A stretch of 64,000 bases of DNA from Chiloscyllium plagiosum (Eukaryota): contig NC_057719.1 in assembly GCF_004010195.1 (NCBI RefSeq), positions 64,674,819 through 64,738,818 of the forward strand, written 5' to 3'. The position numbers and the translations under genes were made by a program. The notes below the pieces were generated by a model. The model saw only the letters and a list, made by a program, of their open reading frames with translations, was not told the DNA's origin and ran no database searches. Positions 12,309 to 26,170 of the stretch are shown piece by piece (position 1 is the stretch's first letter; every line of letters begins with the position of its first letter).

Positions 12309-14954
12309 GCCTTTTTGAACTGGTGTACACCGAGGGTGCAAGCACATCCACATTGCTGTTAGAAAGGGAGTTTCAGGGTTTTGACCCAGTGCTGGTGAAG
12401 GAACAACAATATGGTTTCAGGTCAGGATAGTACTCTAAATAGGTGGTTTGTTGCTCAACTAAGAAAGAAGTTTTCTCTTTACAATGTTTTCTATCTGCAT
12501 CCTTTCTTGGATCTACCAACATTAAGTACTATGTAGCTGGGAAGATTCACTGTCAGTTGTAGAATGAAATTGGAATTCAAAAGTGTGCAAGTGAATCAGT
12601 GTGATGGATTCTTCTCAATAATGATACTCTGGGCATTATTTCTTACATGCTCACACTAATGAAGGTCTGAAATCAGGAATTCATACTGCACAAATCTAAA
12701 AGTATCAGCAAATTTTCTTACACTAATTGACCATGTACTGACATCCTCAGCATATCACGCCACATTTCCATTGTAACTTGAGGAAGTGTGTATGTATATT
12801 TGTTATGATTTCCATGATGTTTTTATTGGACACATCAGATCCCAGACGGGAATGTGGCTTGATAGATCATATTTTTATTTGTTTTGGTTTTAACAAAAAT
12901 GTCTCTCTCTGAAATATAACCATGCAATGCTGTAGATTTTGCTTTAACATTGAAGTGGAGGTTTTTTGCAAGAGAAATGAAGATAAAATAGAATCCAAAC
13001 TATCCATTTTTAATACAATTTGAAAGATTTTTAAACACACAGTAAAAATATAATCCCATTAATCCCAAAATGCTCCTTCATAAATTGAAAAGAAATGAAA
13101 CCTATCGTATCCAAAATACTATGTATACAATATTCACACCTGTGCACCATAGGTTTCACTCACTTATGATTCAATGTTTAAATGGAAACTTCCTTCCAGA
13201 TTATGCCTGATGATATCATGCATCTACTGAAATGTACTCAGCTTTAAATGATCACTTCAGAGTTTTTCCCTAACACTTCTGATCTGGGACTAACATTAAT
13301 TCTTCACTCTAAAGTAACCTAGTTCACTATACATTCTTTTCTTCACAGGAACACTTTTCTACACATCAATCCCATTCTAAAGTGTTCACAAAATTCTTCC
13401 ACTTAAAGTCAAAAGTGAAACATAAGTGTCTTTGTTTCATTCTCTGTCGCTCGCTCTCTGTCACATCTTAAAGAAAAAACTTCCAGAACACAGTAACAAA
13501 TCTTGAAACCTTATTGTATACTATGCAGAGTTGCAAACAATCTGGAAGAAAAAGCCAGGCCTCAAACAATTTAAAAAAAAAATCAGTATGTGTCAGAAAT
13601 GCTTATAAGTTAATTATTAATTTCAGATTCACAGAAAACCCACCAGTTACTAACTCAAAAGCCAGATACCCAAATTCACGACAAATAACATTAAAATTAT
13701 ACATATAAATCCCACAGTTTATATCTTAGTTGTAGGTGATTTTACTCTTCAGTTAATTAAGTTTTCATGGTGCAAGGACTAGACAGCTGAAGAATTCTTT
13801 CTTTTATAGTTTGCATTTTTTCAGAATTCAGCAAAAGGCCAATGCCTTTCAGATTGGATGAAACAATGTGACAACATATTGAGACAAGTTTGATTGCCAC
13901 TCTGTTCCTTTTGACTTGGTCTAGACAGACTGGCCTGAGCATGTGATTGAGGCCTCTTGAGAAATATGGAGTGTACCCGAAATTGGGAGCCTTGCAGCAC
14001 AGTACAGGGTCAGCACTGGGTACTAGGTTATGTCCGATATTTGCAACATTGGTGTAATCCAAAGTTTAATGGTTCAAAAATCACTTCGGCATGTTGTGGA
14101 GAGAAGCTGGATTTGGGGGGATCTGTTGGATGGGTGGGTGGGATTGTGGGTTGGCAGGTGGGTGGATGACTGAGGCAAGGTGGCAGGTTGGTCAGTGAAG
14201 GGGGGATAGGTGCATTGGTGGGTGGGCTGGGCTTGTAGGGAGAGGAGTCTGTCCAGGCTAACTTGATTCTGAATGGGGATGTAGTTAGAATCAAGGGGCT
14301 GCCAGGAGGTGGAGTTTGGATCACTAGTTGAAGGGTGTGGAAGGTCAGGCCAGCAGATGGCAGGTTGGAGAGAGGGCCAACTGAATGTGAGGTATAGTTT
14401 TCGGGGCTCTGGACAGGATATGGCAGAATGCCAAGCCAAGCCAGATCAGAGGTGGGGGAAGTTGGACAATGTCAGTTGTTTAGTAACTTCTTTGCAAAGT
14501 TACCCAGGAAATGTTAAGAGGAATTAAAGCATCTTGTAACTCCTGGGTAACTCTTCAGATATGTAAGTTGGAACCCTCCAAATTCTTCAACTCAGAGTTC
14601 TGGGCAATTTAAGAAGGTTCCAGATGCAGGGTGACCATCGAATTTCATAGTGCTTTAGTGTATCTCCAATGGGTACATAGTGCATCATTCAGGGTACTCT
14701 GCTACAACAGCTATTTTTCAATCATGGACAATGATGTGAATGGAACACAGATTTATTAATGCACAAACCCGGCAACAGTTTGTGGCAAGGAATAGATAGG
14801 GTATGAATTGTGAATGGTCACAATTTACTGGACAGTTTACATTGTTCTGCCACTAGGTTTGTGATTTTATGAAGTTATTATGTTCGCTCATTAACAGTGA
14901 AGGAAATTTGCAATAAAAAGTTCAGTTTCCTAACAATAAATTAATTTGGTCTCA

Positions 14955-15447
14955 TTTTCCAGCATTTGGTCCATATCCCTCTAAACCCTTCCTGTTCATA
15001 TACCCATCCAGATGTCACTTAAATGTTGTATCAGCCTCCTCCACTTCCTCTGGCAACTCATTCCATACACGCACCATCTACTGCATAAAACAAATTGCCT
15101 GCGAGTTCCCTTTTAAATCTTTTCCCTCTCACCTTAAACCTATGCCTGCTATTTTTGGACTCCCCTACCCGAGGGGAAAGGCCTTGTGTATTTACCCTAT
15201 CCATGCCCCTTATGATTTTATAAACCTTTGTAAGGTCACCCCTCAGCCTCCAACACTCCAGAGAAAATACCCTGTCTATTTAGCCTTTCCATATAGCTCA
15301 AATCCTCCAACACTGCCAACATCCTTGTAAATCCTTTCTGAACCCTTTCAAGTTTCCCAACATCCTTCTTATAGCAGGAAGAGAAGAATTGCATGTGCTA
15401 TTCCAAAAGTGGCTGAACCAATGTCCTGTACAGCCACAACATGACCT
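14955..15447 (-). mobile_element. CR1/HER1-like LINE 3' fragment (family A)
   Basis: Reverse complement of the family-A 3' region seen at 31700-32170. Confidence 0.88.
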
Positions 15448-15599
15448 CTTATCATACTTCAGTGTGCATGACAATCAGTCAATCAATTCCTTTACTTAAT
15501 GTCTGCAACCAAACTCTCTTGTCCAAAAATTGAACAATTGAGTATTATGACATTGACATGAAAAAAGTCAACAAATGGGATATATTTCAGCAAAATCTT

Positions 15600-16120
15600 G
15601 ATCATTCCATACACATGAAAAAGTTGTCCCTTAGGTCCCTTTTTAATCTCTCTGCTGTCAGAAAAGATTTACAAGGATGTTGGCGGGGTTGGAGGATTTG
15701 CCCTATAGCGAGAGGCAGAACAGGCTGGGGCTGTTTTCCTTGGAATGCGGAGGCAGAGAGGTGACCTTATAGAGGTTTATAAGCTCATGAGGGGCATCGA
15801 TAGGGTAAGTAGACAAGATCTTTTCCCTGGGGCATAGGTTTAGAGTGAGAGGGGAAAGATATTAAAGAGAGCTAAAAAGCAATGTGTTCGCACAGAGGAT
15901 GGTGCGTGTATGGAATGAGCTGCCAGAGGAAGTGCTGGAGGCTGGTACAACTACATCATTTAACAGGCATTTGAATAGTTATATGAATAGGAAGGGTTTA
16001 GTGGGATATGGGCCAAGTGCTGGCAAATATGACTAGATTAGGTTAGATTAGGCTATCTGGTCGGCATAGATGAGCTAGACCGAAGGGTCTGTTTCCATGC
16101 CATACATTTCTACGATTCTG
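15600..16120 (+). mobile_element. CR1/HER1-like LINE 3' fragment (family A) preceded by a short inverted piece
   Basis: cagaaaagatttacaaggatg..gaccgaagggtctgtttccatg; 15603-15650 is minus-strand family-A sequence. Confidence 0.88.
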
Positions 16121-18299
16121 AGTAGGACAGAGGCAGCAGACTTGAATAAAAGGACATCATTTTATACAGCTTGAGAAGAGGGTTCTGATTGGCTGGGCCA
16201 TCATTAGCATAGAGATAGCTTGTCAATCTTTGTTCTCAGGTCAGGCAGGTAAATCATGATTGGTCAGGGTGTTGCTATAGAGATGCAGCAGAGACTGGCT
16301 GTCTCATGACTCCCAAAGTGCAAAGTATGTACACTTCCTTTTGCCACATTAAACAGGGTCCTCTGAATTTATGTAAAATTAGTTGTATGTGAAAATGCTT
16401 ATTTGATTAGTCTATTTTAACATTGAATTTGGCTTGATAGCATCCTAATAGTGGACAAAACCACTTTGTGGGTTCATTGCAAAATAATGCTGAGAGACAG
16501 GGAGCTTCACCTGTTGTTCGCATTTTCAAGGCACCTTCTACTTCCAGCCAGTTCTGAGGTAGGCACCACTTGGGTCCAAAGGTGAGGGACAGAGACCCTT
16601 TCATGAGATTTTGTGTCAATTTGACCCTCTTCTCATCTGCATAAATCATGGTCGCTTATTTTAAACCTGTTTCTTGCATCCTAATACTGATTAGTACAAG
16701 TTAAAGAGGTTCAACCTCTTGTCTCCTTTAAGTGATACCTGAATGTTTTAAGTTCTACTTCAGCAGCAGACTTGGAATCAAGTTGACATTCAAATTGACA
16801 TTGGTAGCAAAGGATGTTTTCCTAAAGGTGAGGGTTGGAAACAATTGCAAGTTTGGTCACATCCTTAATTGTGGGAAAAGATTTGCTAACCCACGATAGG
16901 CCCACAAAAGCAAATTGGCCACATTGTACCAGGACACCCAGAATTCCCAAGCAGCTCACAAGCTGGGTCAGACAGCACGCAGATAATGGAATACGCTTTA
17001 AGCTCCCATGGACATGACAGAGATCTCAAAGCCCTAAGGGCAGTTTCACAAACTTCCCAAAGAGCTTGAAAGAAAAAAATCCTGAAAGAAAACCCTGATC
17101 AACTGTCGAATTAAAGGATGACCATCATCATATAGAAAACAGCATCTCATCATTGCAAAACTCAAAAGTAAAATGGCTTCAGAGATATTGAAAGGACAAA
17201 TTCTCAACCACTGAGTGAAAGACTGGACATTGATGTTGACACAAGGTTCCTTCCGCACATAAGAATTGAAAGGAAGCAAAAGAAAACAACTTGCTGAATC
17301 CTGTAGTTCAAACTGGTGCTATTGAACTGTTTGTCTAGTTTTCTTCTTCCATCCTTAGTATCCAGGTCTTGATACCTTTGTGAGTCTGTCTGTCTGTGAA
17401 GCAGGATAGTTATTAAGAGGTAGAGGTTAAGTTGGCAATTCATATTTCCTTTTTTCCATTGGTTAAAGACAGTTTGTTCAGAATAATCAGTTACTTTCTT
17501 ATGGAGTACAGAAACCTGCATTTTCTTTTAACTTCAGTTTCACAAGAGGCTGTACACCAGAGTCTGATACCTGGGTAATAACAATTGCTTAAAATGGCAA
17601 TTTACCAAAATGTTGGAATGGAGTAACTTACTATTAATTTAGGAAACAGAACAGTGAGAAAACTTTTTTTTGAGAAAAATTTTACCAAACAATAACTTTC
17701 ATACCACTTTTAAATGTATACTCTTGAATTTATGCTGTTTGAATGATCGCTTGTAAATGTTCCATATCATTTAGCTTAAAAGATGTCAGATTGTTTTATT
17801 TATTTTTAAAAGAATCTATTAAACAAAAATAAAGTAAATCTCTTTCATATCTTTTATTTTTAATTGGTAATAAATCTGGAATAGCACCAACGATCAGTAT
17901 GCAAGTAATTGGCACATTTCCTAGTTTTGTCTACACATGATTCTGTATGGTGTATCAGGACATTTTGGGGGTGTCAGCTTTAAATTGCAGTGATCTATCT
18001 CATTCCTCCACAACATATGTTTGTATAAGCAGAAAAGGGAAATACCAATCTTTCAGCCATGACTAGTAAAAGCTGTGAGACAAAACATAATCGCCAACAT
18101 AAACATTTGAATCAAAGCTGGTTAGATTCCTATTTTGAGTCATAGGCAGTAATGTGGTTCTGCATTTGGAGAAAATGAAATTAATTGGCAAGAATTGACA
18201 TAAAATGAATAAACTGTATAGAAGCATTATACCTGTAAATCCTCCACTGTTTAAATATGTCCAGACATTGGCACCTAGATTTTAAGATGGTGTTGGCTT

Positions 18300-19512
18300 T
18301 TTAAAAATTCATTTGAGATGTGGGCATAACTGACTGTGTGCCAGCATTTATTGCCCATCCCTAGTTGCCTTTGAGAAGGTTGTAGTGAGCTGCCTTCTTC
18401 AACTGCTGCAGTCCACGTGCTGTAGTTTGACCCACAGTACTGTGGGGAGGGATTCCAGGCTATTGACCCAGTGATGCTGAAGCAATGGCAATATATTTCC
18501 AAGTCAGGAAAGTGATTAATTGGATGTGAACTTACAAGTGGTGGTGTTCCCATGTATCTGCTAGCTGGAAGTGGTTGTGGGTTTAGAGGGTGCTGTTTAA
18601 GGATTCTTGGTGAATTTCTGTAGTGCAACTTGGAAATAATTTATACTGCTGCTGTGTCAGTGGTAGAAGTAGTAGATGCTTGTGGATGTGGTGCCAATCA
18701 AGAGGATTGCTTTGTTCTGGATGGCGTCAAGCTTCTTGAATGTTTTTAAATCTGCACCCATCCAGGCTAGTGAGAATTATTCCATCACACTCCTGACTTG
18801 TGCCTGGTAGATGGTGGGCAGGTTTGGGGAGTCAGAAGCTGAGATATTTGCCACAGTATTCCTAACCTCTGACCTGCTCTTGAAGCCACTGTGTTTATGT
18901 TGAGATCCTAGTCAATGGTAACCCCCAGGATGTTGATTGTGAGGGATTCAGTGTCGGTAACACCATTGAATGTCAAAGGGTGGTGATTATATTGTCTCTT
19001 ATTGGAAATGGCTAATGCCTGGCATTTGTGTGGAACATATGCTATTCCCAGCTTCCAGACCAAGTCTGAATATTGACCAGATCTTGTTGCATTTGAACAT
19101 GGACTGCTTCAGTAACTGAGGAGTTGCAAATGGTGCTGAACATAGTGCAGTCATTGGCAAAAATCCCCACTTCTGAGTTTATGATTGATGGAAGGTCATT
19201 GATAAAGCAGTTGAAGATGGTTGGGCCTAGGACACTACCCTGATGAGCTCCTGCAGAGCTGACTGACCTTCAATAACCACGACCATCTTCCTATGTGCCA
19301 GATATGATTCCAAACATCCAGGTGGTGAGTTTGCCCCATGATACCTGTTTGTAGTTTTTTGCTGGGGCACCTTGATGCCACACACATTTGAATGCAGCCT
19401 TAATGTCAAGAGCTGTTACTCTCACCTCACCTCTGGATTCCGCTGTTTCATTCATGCTTGAACCAAGGCTGTAATGAGATCAGGAGCTGCGTGACCCAAA
19501 CTGGTTGTCAGT
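18300..19512 (-). mobile_element. CR1-clade LINE family B, 3' ~1.2 kb
   Basis: 3' end ccagcatttattgcccatccctagttgccttgagaagg; minus-strand RKMVVVIEGQS and caggagctcatcagggtagtgtcctaggccc (decayed GVPQGSVLGP region). Confidence 0.8.
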
Positions 19513-19714
19513 GACATCCACTTCCACTCAATTATTTGAAAGATTTCACTTAACTTAAAATATAGTTGATGGTTTATATTAGTGAGGTTTTCATATAGAA
19601 AAAAGGTTATTTGTATTTGCATTCAATAGATAATACAATTTTATTTTTAATTTGGAAGAGTTTCATAAATTCTTTTCAAAATGTACACTGTTGACAAAAC
19701 AGGATTTACATATG

Positions 19715-20185
19715 TAAGAGTAGACAAAGTCTGAAATATTCAGTAGGTCAGGCAGCATCTATGGACGCTGAAAGAGTTCACGTTCAGGTCAATGACCTCT
19801 CATCACAATTGAAAACATTGGTGATGTAAATAAGTTGTGAGCAAGCACAGAGATGAGGAGAGGCAAGGAAGGGGAACAAAAAGGGAGGTATATGACTGGG
19901 TGGAAGGCAGGAGAGGTAGGGGGCCAATGATCCCTTTTGTCAAGTTATGTCTTCTGGCTTCCATCCTCTCTCATGTATTTACTGTTGTTCTAATGCCCTG
20001 AATTTTGCTTTCATACTTGCAAAAAAACCTCCTCCAAATTTAATATTTGTTCACGTTTGATGAAGTCACCAATCTGAAATATCAAGTCAGTTGCTCAGCC
20101 ACAAATTTGCCTGATCTGCTGAGTATTTCTAACATTTCCTGATTTTATTTTTGATTTTCAGGATCTGCAGTAATTTATTTTTGTA
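19715..20185. mobile_element. Old Penelope remnant with inverted terminal-repeat pair
   Basis: tcagtaggtcaggcagcatct at left versus gcctgatctgctgagtattt at right; decayed hammerhead-like motifs at ~19773-19806 (-) and ~20056-20080 (+). Confidence 0.55.
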
Positions 20186-20374
20186 AGTTCTACATAGAAC
20201 TCTCTAAATTTAGTTTGTCATTAATATTTCAATTAAATCATTTTAAAAAGAATTTAGCAATTTTGTCAGAAGAATCTTGCCTCTCCTTCAGTGTTTTCCA
20301 CATGAATAGGAGTGTAAAAGGCTACAAGAGCAGGTGAAAAGCATGGAATTTTGCAGTGAGCAACGCATGTCCTG

Positions 20375-20900
20375 ACTCCTGAAACCCTAACAACCATCTA
20401 CAAGGTGTGATGGAATATTGTGCACTTGCCTGGATGGGTGCAGCTTCAACAGCACTCGAAGAGTTCACAACCATTCAGGACAAAATAGCCACTTGATTGG
20501 TACTCCATCCAGCATTCATTCCCTTTACCATCGATTCACAGTGGTAGCAGTGTAATACGATCTATGACAAGCACTGCGCTGCAATAACTTACCAAGGGTC
20601 CTTCAACATTACCTTCAAAACCAGCGACCTTTACTGCTAAAAGCAGCAAATGCATGGCAACACTCCCATATATAATTCTCCCTCAGATCACACATCAACC
20701 TGATTTGGAACTGTTTTGCTGTTTCTTCACTGTCATTGGGTTAAAATCTGGGAAGTCCGTACTAACAGCACTCTGCATGTATCTACAAACCAAAGAGTGC
20801 ATCAGTTCCAGAAGACCGCTTACCACTTCTTTTTTCAAGGGCACTTTTCAGGATGGGCAATAAATCCTGGCCTAGCAAGTGACATGCAAATTCCATGAAA
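20375..20900 (+). mobile_element. CR1-clade LINE family B, 3' fragment
   Basis: accatctacaagg..gatggaata..cacttgcctggatg..ggatgggcaataaatcctggcctagc. Confidence 0.8.
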
Positions 20901-22266
20901 AAATTAAAATGTCCCCATCAACAAAACATCTGCTGAAAACTTGTATATTCTCCAAATATTCCATTGTATTTTTTCACTTGCTATTTTTGACCTAGACAAA
21001 AATGCTAATAGTTGCGTTGTTGATAACTGATAACTTAGTGTTTGCTATCCTCTTCTATTGTATCTTCGCAGAGTCTCATTATGTCCTTTTCCAGTGCTAA
21101 TACATGCTTGCACCTCACCAGAACTTCTGATAAAATATCAAGAATGTGAAATTTTGCCGATTTCTTTCACCACGCTCCAGCTCTTGAGTCATTGCATCAG
21201 TGAAGTGTTGAACAAAAAACTTGATTTTTATCAGTTCTGTAAAATTTTGGTTTGCCACCTCATTTCTGTTAATGCAGCAGAACCTCATTACTGCATTGGA
21301 GCGTCTGCATAGCTGATATGCTTAGCTCTAGAGTTTAAGTCACCAGGTACAAATTTTTTTTTTCATTCAGCAACTCGTAATATTTAAGTGCTTTAATTAC
21401 CTGAGAAAACTGATTTGCTTCTGTCCTTATGTGCTGCTGTACCAGATCAATGCAATTTTAATGAGATTTTAGATGTTTAGGTATCTTAATTCATTAAGAG
21501 ATGAAAACCTCTAGCTTCTTTTTCTATAAAGCATTCATCCAAGCAATAGTTTATTTGGAAAAAAGAAGGATCTATGGATAATTGAACCTAAAATTGCTTT
21601 GTTAATGATCATACTTGTTTCTCTATTTAATGCTATTAATTAACATTCCGAGGTAATGAATTCAGGTAATTGCTTTCACATTATAGCATTTATCTTTGCT
21701 CATGATTTTTATGTTATGTAGATACTTTCAGGTAATGTTTGAACTTTTTATGCATTAAGCTTAGAATGGAAAATTGAAAAGGATTTAGTTTCAGATTTTC
21801 AATTAATAACATATGAGAGCAGGGTCCTGCCACTATTACATTTGCTGTTTGAAAGACACTGGTGAATAGTGTTTGTGTGACAAGTTTGAAAGTAAAGTGC
21901 AGGTATTTGTGGTAGCATTTATTATTTATACATCTGATCCATTTTAAAAAGGAATGTTGTTGTTCACAAACAGAACATTTTGTGGACAGCATGTCCCAAA
22001 ATTCATATGGAGTCCATTAAGACTGTTTTAAGCTATTGGTTCCCTTGGCAAAGTGCATTGTTATTTTGTTTAAATAATTGTACTTTTAATATCAATAATA
22101 AATGCCAATATATTAGCAAGCTCTGAAGGCATTCGCTAGTAGTTTCTGGAGTACCACAATAATTTTGAAAACATTTTTTCAAATATTGTAGATAGATCTT
22201 ACTGTATTGCTAAAATATATGTTTACTGAATAAACATGAGTTGAGGAGAGAAATCCCTTTTTTTGT

Positions 22267-23095
22267 GAGGGATCTTGCTGTGTGTATTCATAGATCCTTG
22301 AAAGTGGAATAGCAGGTAGATATAATAGTGAAGAAGGCATTTGGTATGCTTTCTTTTATTGGTCAGTATTGAGTATAGGATTTGGAGGTCTTTTGGGGGC
22401 TGTACAGGACACTGGTTAGGCCACTTTTGGAATATTGTGTAGCAGGTAGATAGAATAGTGAAGAAGGCATTTGGTATGCTTTCTTTTATTGGTCAGTATT
22501 GAGTATAGGATTTGGATATCTTTTGGGGGCTGTACAGGACACTGGTTAGGCCACTTTTGGAATATTGTGTACAATTCTGGTCTCCTTCCTGCAGAATAAT
22601 GTACTAAAAATTGAAAGGGTTCAGAAAAGATTTACAAGGATGTTGCCAGGATTGGAGGATTTGAGCTGTAGGGAGAGGTTGAATAGGCTGGGGCATTTTC
22701 CCTGGAGCGTTGGAGATTGAGGGGTGACCTTATAGAGATTTATAAAATCATGAGGGGCATGGATAGGATAAATACCACAAGGTCTTTTCCCTGGGTGGCG
22801 GAGTCCAAAACTAGAGGGCATAGGTTTAGGATGAGCGGGGAAAGATATAAAAGAGATCTAAGGGGCCACTTTTTCACACAGAGAGTGGTACATGTATGGA
22901 ATGAGTTGCCAGAGGAGGTGGTGGAGGCTGGTACAATTACAGTATTTAAAAGGTATCTGGATGGATGGGTAAATGATTGGAAGGGTTTAGAGGGAGATGG
23001 GCCAAGTGCTGGCAGGTGGGACTAGATTAGATTAGGGTATCTGGTCGACATGGACGAGTTGGGTCTGTTTCCGTGCTGTACATCTCTGACTCTAT
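22267..23095 (+). mobile_element. CR1/HER1-like LINE 3' fragment (family A) with internal 130-bp tandem duplication
   Basis: RGDLIEIYKIMRG..FFTQRVVHVWNELP; 22311-22440 repeated at 22441-22570. Confidence 0.92.
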
Positions 23096-24284
23096 TTTGT
23101 TTTAGTCTGGAATATATCGAGTGCTCTCAAGTTTTTGCTAAGTTGATGTATAATTATTGTTGCAGTACATTTTTGAGAGGTCATTGCTGCCACTAAGTGT
23201 GAGGATAAACACACAACCAATTGCTTTAATTGTAGCTTTCAGGAAGATAGCTCTACTCAGGTGAATGTGAGGCAACAATCCTGCTGTAGATTATGTTTTA
23301 TACTGTAGTACTATAATATGTTCAAGAAATAGTATAAATTTAAGTCTTATAATCGCGAGGAACCTTTTAATAATGAGTGACTTCTCTAAATGCCAAAGAA
23401 TCAACCATCAGGTAAAGAAGTATCAGCTTGAGTTTAATCTATTCCTTATTGTTTCACTCAATTAACCTAAAGAACCTCAAGTTCCATCACTAATTTTGAA
23501 GTGCAGTCAAAATACAAGCATCAATTTTACTCTATCACAACATCTACAGCAAGATGAATGAACAGTTAATGTGTTTTGATGCTATTAATATTCAAAGGAA
23601 TGTTGGACAGAACATGGGAAATACAGTTGGTCTCAAATAGTATCAATTATGAAAATGTTATTCACATCATATTAAAACTAGACCCAGCAATTTATTAAAT
23701 GATTAATGTGCAGTTCATCACCCATTTAAATTTGTACTTAAACTTTCTTGGTTTTGTTGTTCACTGCTTAACGCAGGCAATCTTCTCCAATCTATCATGC
23801 AGCTGAATGACTACAATGTATCTAAGCTGAGTTGCAATGCTATGAGTTCTGGTTGACATCAGTCACATTCTGTAGTTGCAAACCGGCATTGTTTCAATTT
23901 TGTGCTGAAGTTTAATTGCTACTTATAATACATAATGTCAGCAAGAAAACATCATCAGTTACTATAGTGTGTACATGGTACTCTGGTATGATGTTTCATA
24001 ATTTGGTACAAATTATGGTGCCAAATTTCCAGAGTTGTTTTACCATTTGTGATAATATTTAGAAGAATAATTACATCTGCATTTTTTTCTTAAATCCCCT
24101 TGCTAGCATTGCTGCCACTGAACTTTCCTGGTATTTATCCTCGCCCCCATTCTACATCTTGATAATATGAACTGGAAAACAGGGCTGGTGGTTTCCATTT
24201 TATAGGCAAAGTGTAGAGAAGGGCATCTTCAAGGGTATAAGACCCCCGCCACTGGGAAATTCACCAAATCAAGTGCCACTGATA

Positions 24285-25255
24285 CTTAAGTCAGGTTGTT
24301 GGTTTGTTTTCAGATGTTTCATCATCATGGTAAGTAACATCATCAGTGAGCCTCCAGTGAAATATTGGTGTTCTTAGAAATGTAGAATCCCTACAGTGTG
24401 GAAACAGGTCATTTGTCCCAACCAGTCCAAACCGACCCTCTGAAGAGTAACCTACCCAGACCAATTCCCCTACATTTCCCCTGACTAACCCATCTAGCCT
24501 GCACGTCCCTGAAAACTATGGACAATTTAGCATGGCCAATTCACATTTTTGGACTGTGGGAAAAAAAATGCAGCACCTGAAGGAAACCTATGTAGACATT
24601 GGGAGAATGTCCAAACTCCACACAGACAGTTGCCAGAGACTGGAATTGAACCCGAGTCCCTGGCACTGTGAGGCAGTAATGCTAACCATTGGGCCACTGT
24701 ACCGCTGTGTTCTGTCTTGCTTGCTATTTATGTGTTTTAGTCTGTTGTAGTGAGTGGTATCATTTCTGGTTCTGTTTCTGAGATTGGTAAGTGGGGTCCT
24801 AATCTATATGTTTGTTAGTGGAGTTCCCATTTCAATGCCAGGCCTCTAGGAATTCCCACCTATGTCTTTGTTTGACTTGTCCCAAAAATGGATGTATTGA
24901 AACTGGTGTCCCTCCTCGTCTGTGTGTAGGGATACTAGTGAATAGTTGGTCATATTTGGTGACTAGTTGGTGCTCATGTATCATAGTGGCTAGTTTCTTG
25001 CTGGTTTGTCCAATGTAATGTTTATTGCAGTCCTTGCACGTTATTTTATATATGGTGTTCATTCTGTTGGCTGTGGATTTGGGGTCCTTTAAATTCATTA
25101 GTAGCTGTTTTAGTATGGTAGGAGGTTTATGGGCTACCATAATGCCTAGGGGCTAGAGTAGTCTGGTGGTCATCTCTGAAATGTCTTTGATGGTAGGATG
25201 ACTAGAGTCTCTGGGTGTGTTATGTCTTCCTGTTTAGGTCTGTTGTGCAGGAATT
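24285..25255 (-). mobile_element. Penelope-like element with GIY-YIG fragment, interrupted by a SINE
   Basis: AHKPPTILKQLLMNLKDP..NTIYKITCKDCNKHYIGQTSKKLATMIHEH..REFLEAWH-like; minus-strand tca-CTGATGA..GAAA-catc-tga at 24302-24343. Confidence 0.85.
24374..24705 (-). mobile_element. HE1-like SINE nested in the Penelope element
   Basis: tagaatccctacagtgtggaaacagg..ctccacacagacag..gaattgaacccg..gctaacca. Confidence 0.85.
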
Positions 25256-25264
25256 TGCCTCTCA

Positions 25265-26170
25265 TGTCTTTTTTACATCTCTCTCCTCTCACCTGAAAAA
25301 TGTGCCAACCTAGTCTTGAAATCCCTCATCCAGGGAAAAGACAACTACCATCAGCTCTATCTTACCTCTCATTATTTTATAAACTTCTATCAGGTTTCCT
25401 CTCAACCTCCTACGCTCCAGTGAAAAAAGTCCCAGTCTTTCCAGTCTTTCTTTACAACTCGAACCTTCCATACCTGGCAACATCCTGGTGAATCTCTTCT
25501 GAACCCACTCCAGTTTAATAATATCCTTCCTATAACTGGGTGACCAGAACTGGACACAGTATTCCAGATGAGGCCTCATCAATGTCCTGAACAACCTCAA
25601 CATGATTTCCTAACTCCAATGTTCAAAGGACTGAGCAATGAAGGCAAGTGTGCCAAACAGCTTTTTAACTAACCTATCCATATGCGACGGAAACTTCAAA
25701 CAATTATATATCTGCACTCCTATTTCCCTCTGTTCTACCCAAGGCCCTACCATTGATTGTGCAAGCCCTATCCTTGTTTGCTGTACCAAAATGCAATACC
25801 TCGCATTTATCCAGATTGAACACCATCTGCCATTTTTCAGCCCATTGACCCATTTGATCAAGATCCCTTTGTAATCTTAGAAAACCTTCTTCACTGTCTG
25901 CTATGCCACCAATTTTGGTGTAATCCACAAACCTACTAACCATGTCTTCTATATTCTCATCAATATCATTTATATAAATGAGAAGGAAAAGAGGACCCAG
26001 AACCAGTGGAACATCACTGGTGACAGACCTCCAGTCCGAAAAGCAACCCTCTGCCACCACTGTCAATTATGGATCCAAATGGTGAACTCATTCTGAAGCC
26101 CATGTGACCTAACTTTACTAATTGGTTTATCATGTGGACTCTTGTTGAAGGCTTTGCTAAAATCCAAATA
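25265..26170 (-). mobile_element. CR1 LINE RT/3' fragment
   Basis: LMRPHLEYCVQFWSP, FNLDKCEVLHFG, LGPLFLLIYINDIDE in minus-strand ORFs. Confidence 0.9.

Noticed and set aside
12801..13725. Possible solo LTR starting tgttatga; similar candidate ~16760-17583 ending taaca
   Set aside because: Only one convincing end each, and no TSD or second copy in the window.
14028..14439. Pro-rich ORFs; likewise 47051-47740, 54627-54975 and 63004-63346
   Set aside because: Products of G/C-skewed low-complexity or repeat sequence with no recognisable domain.
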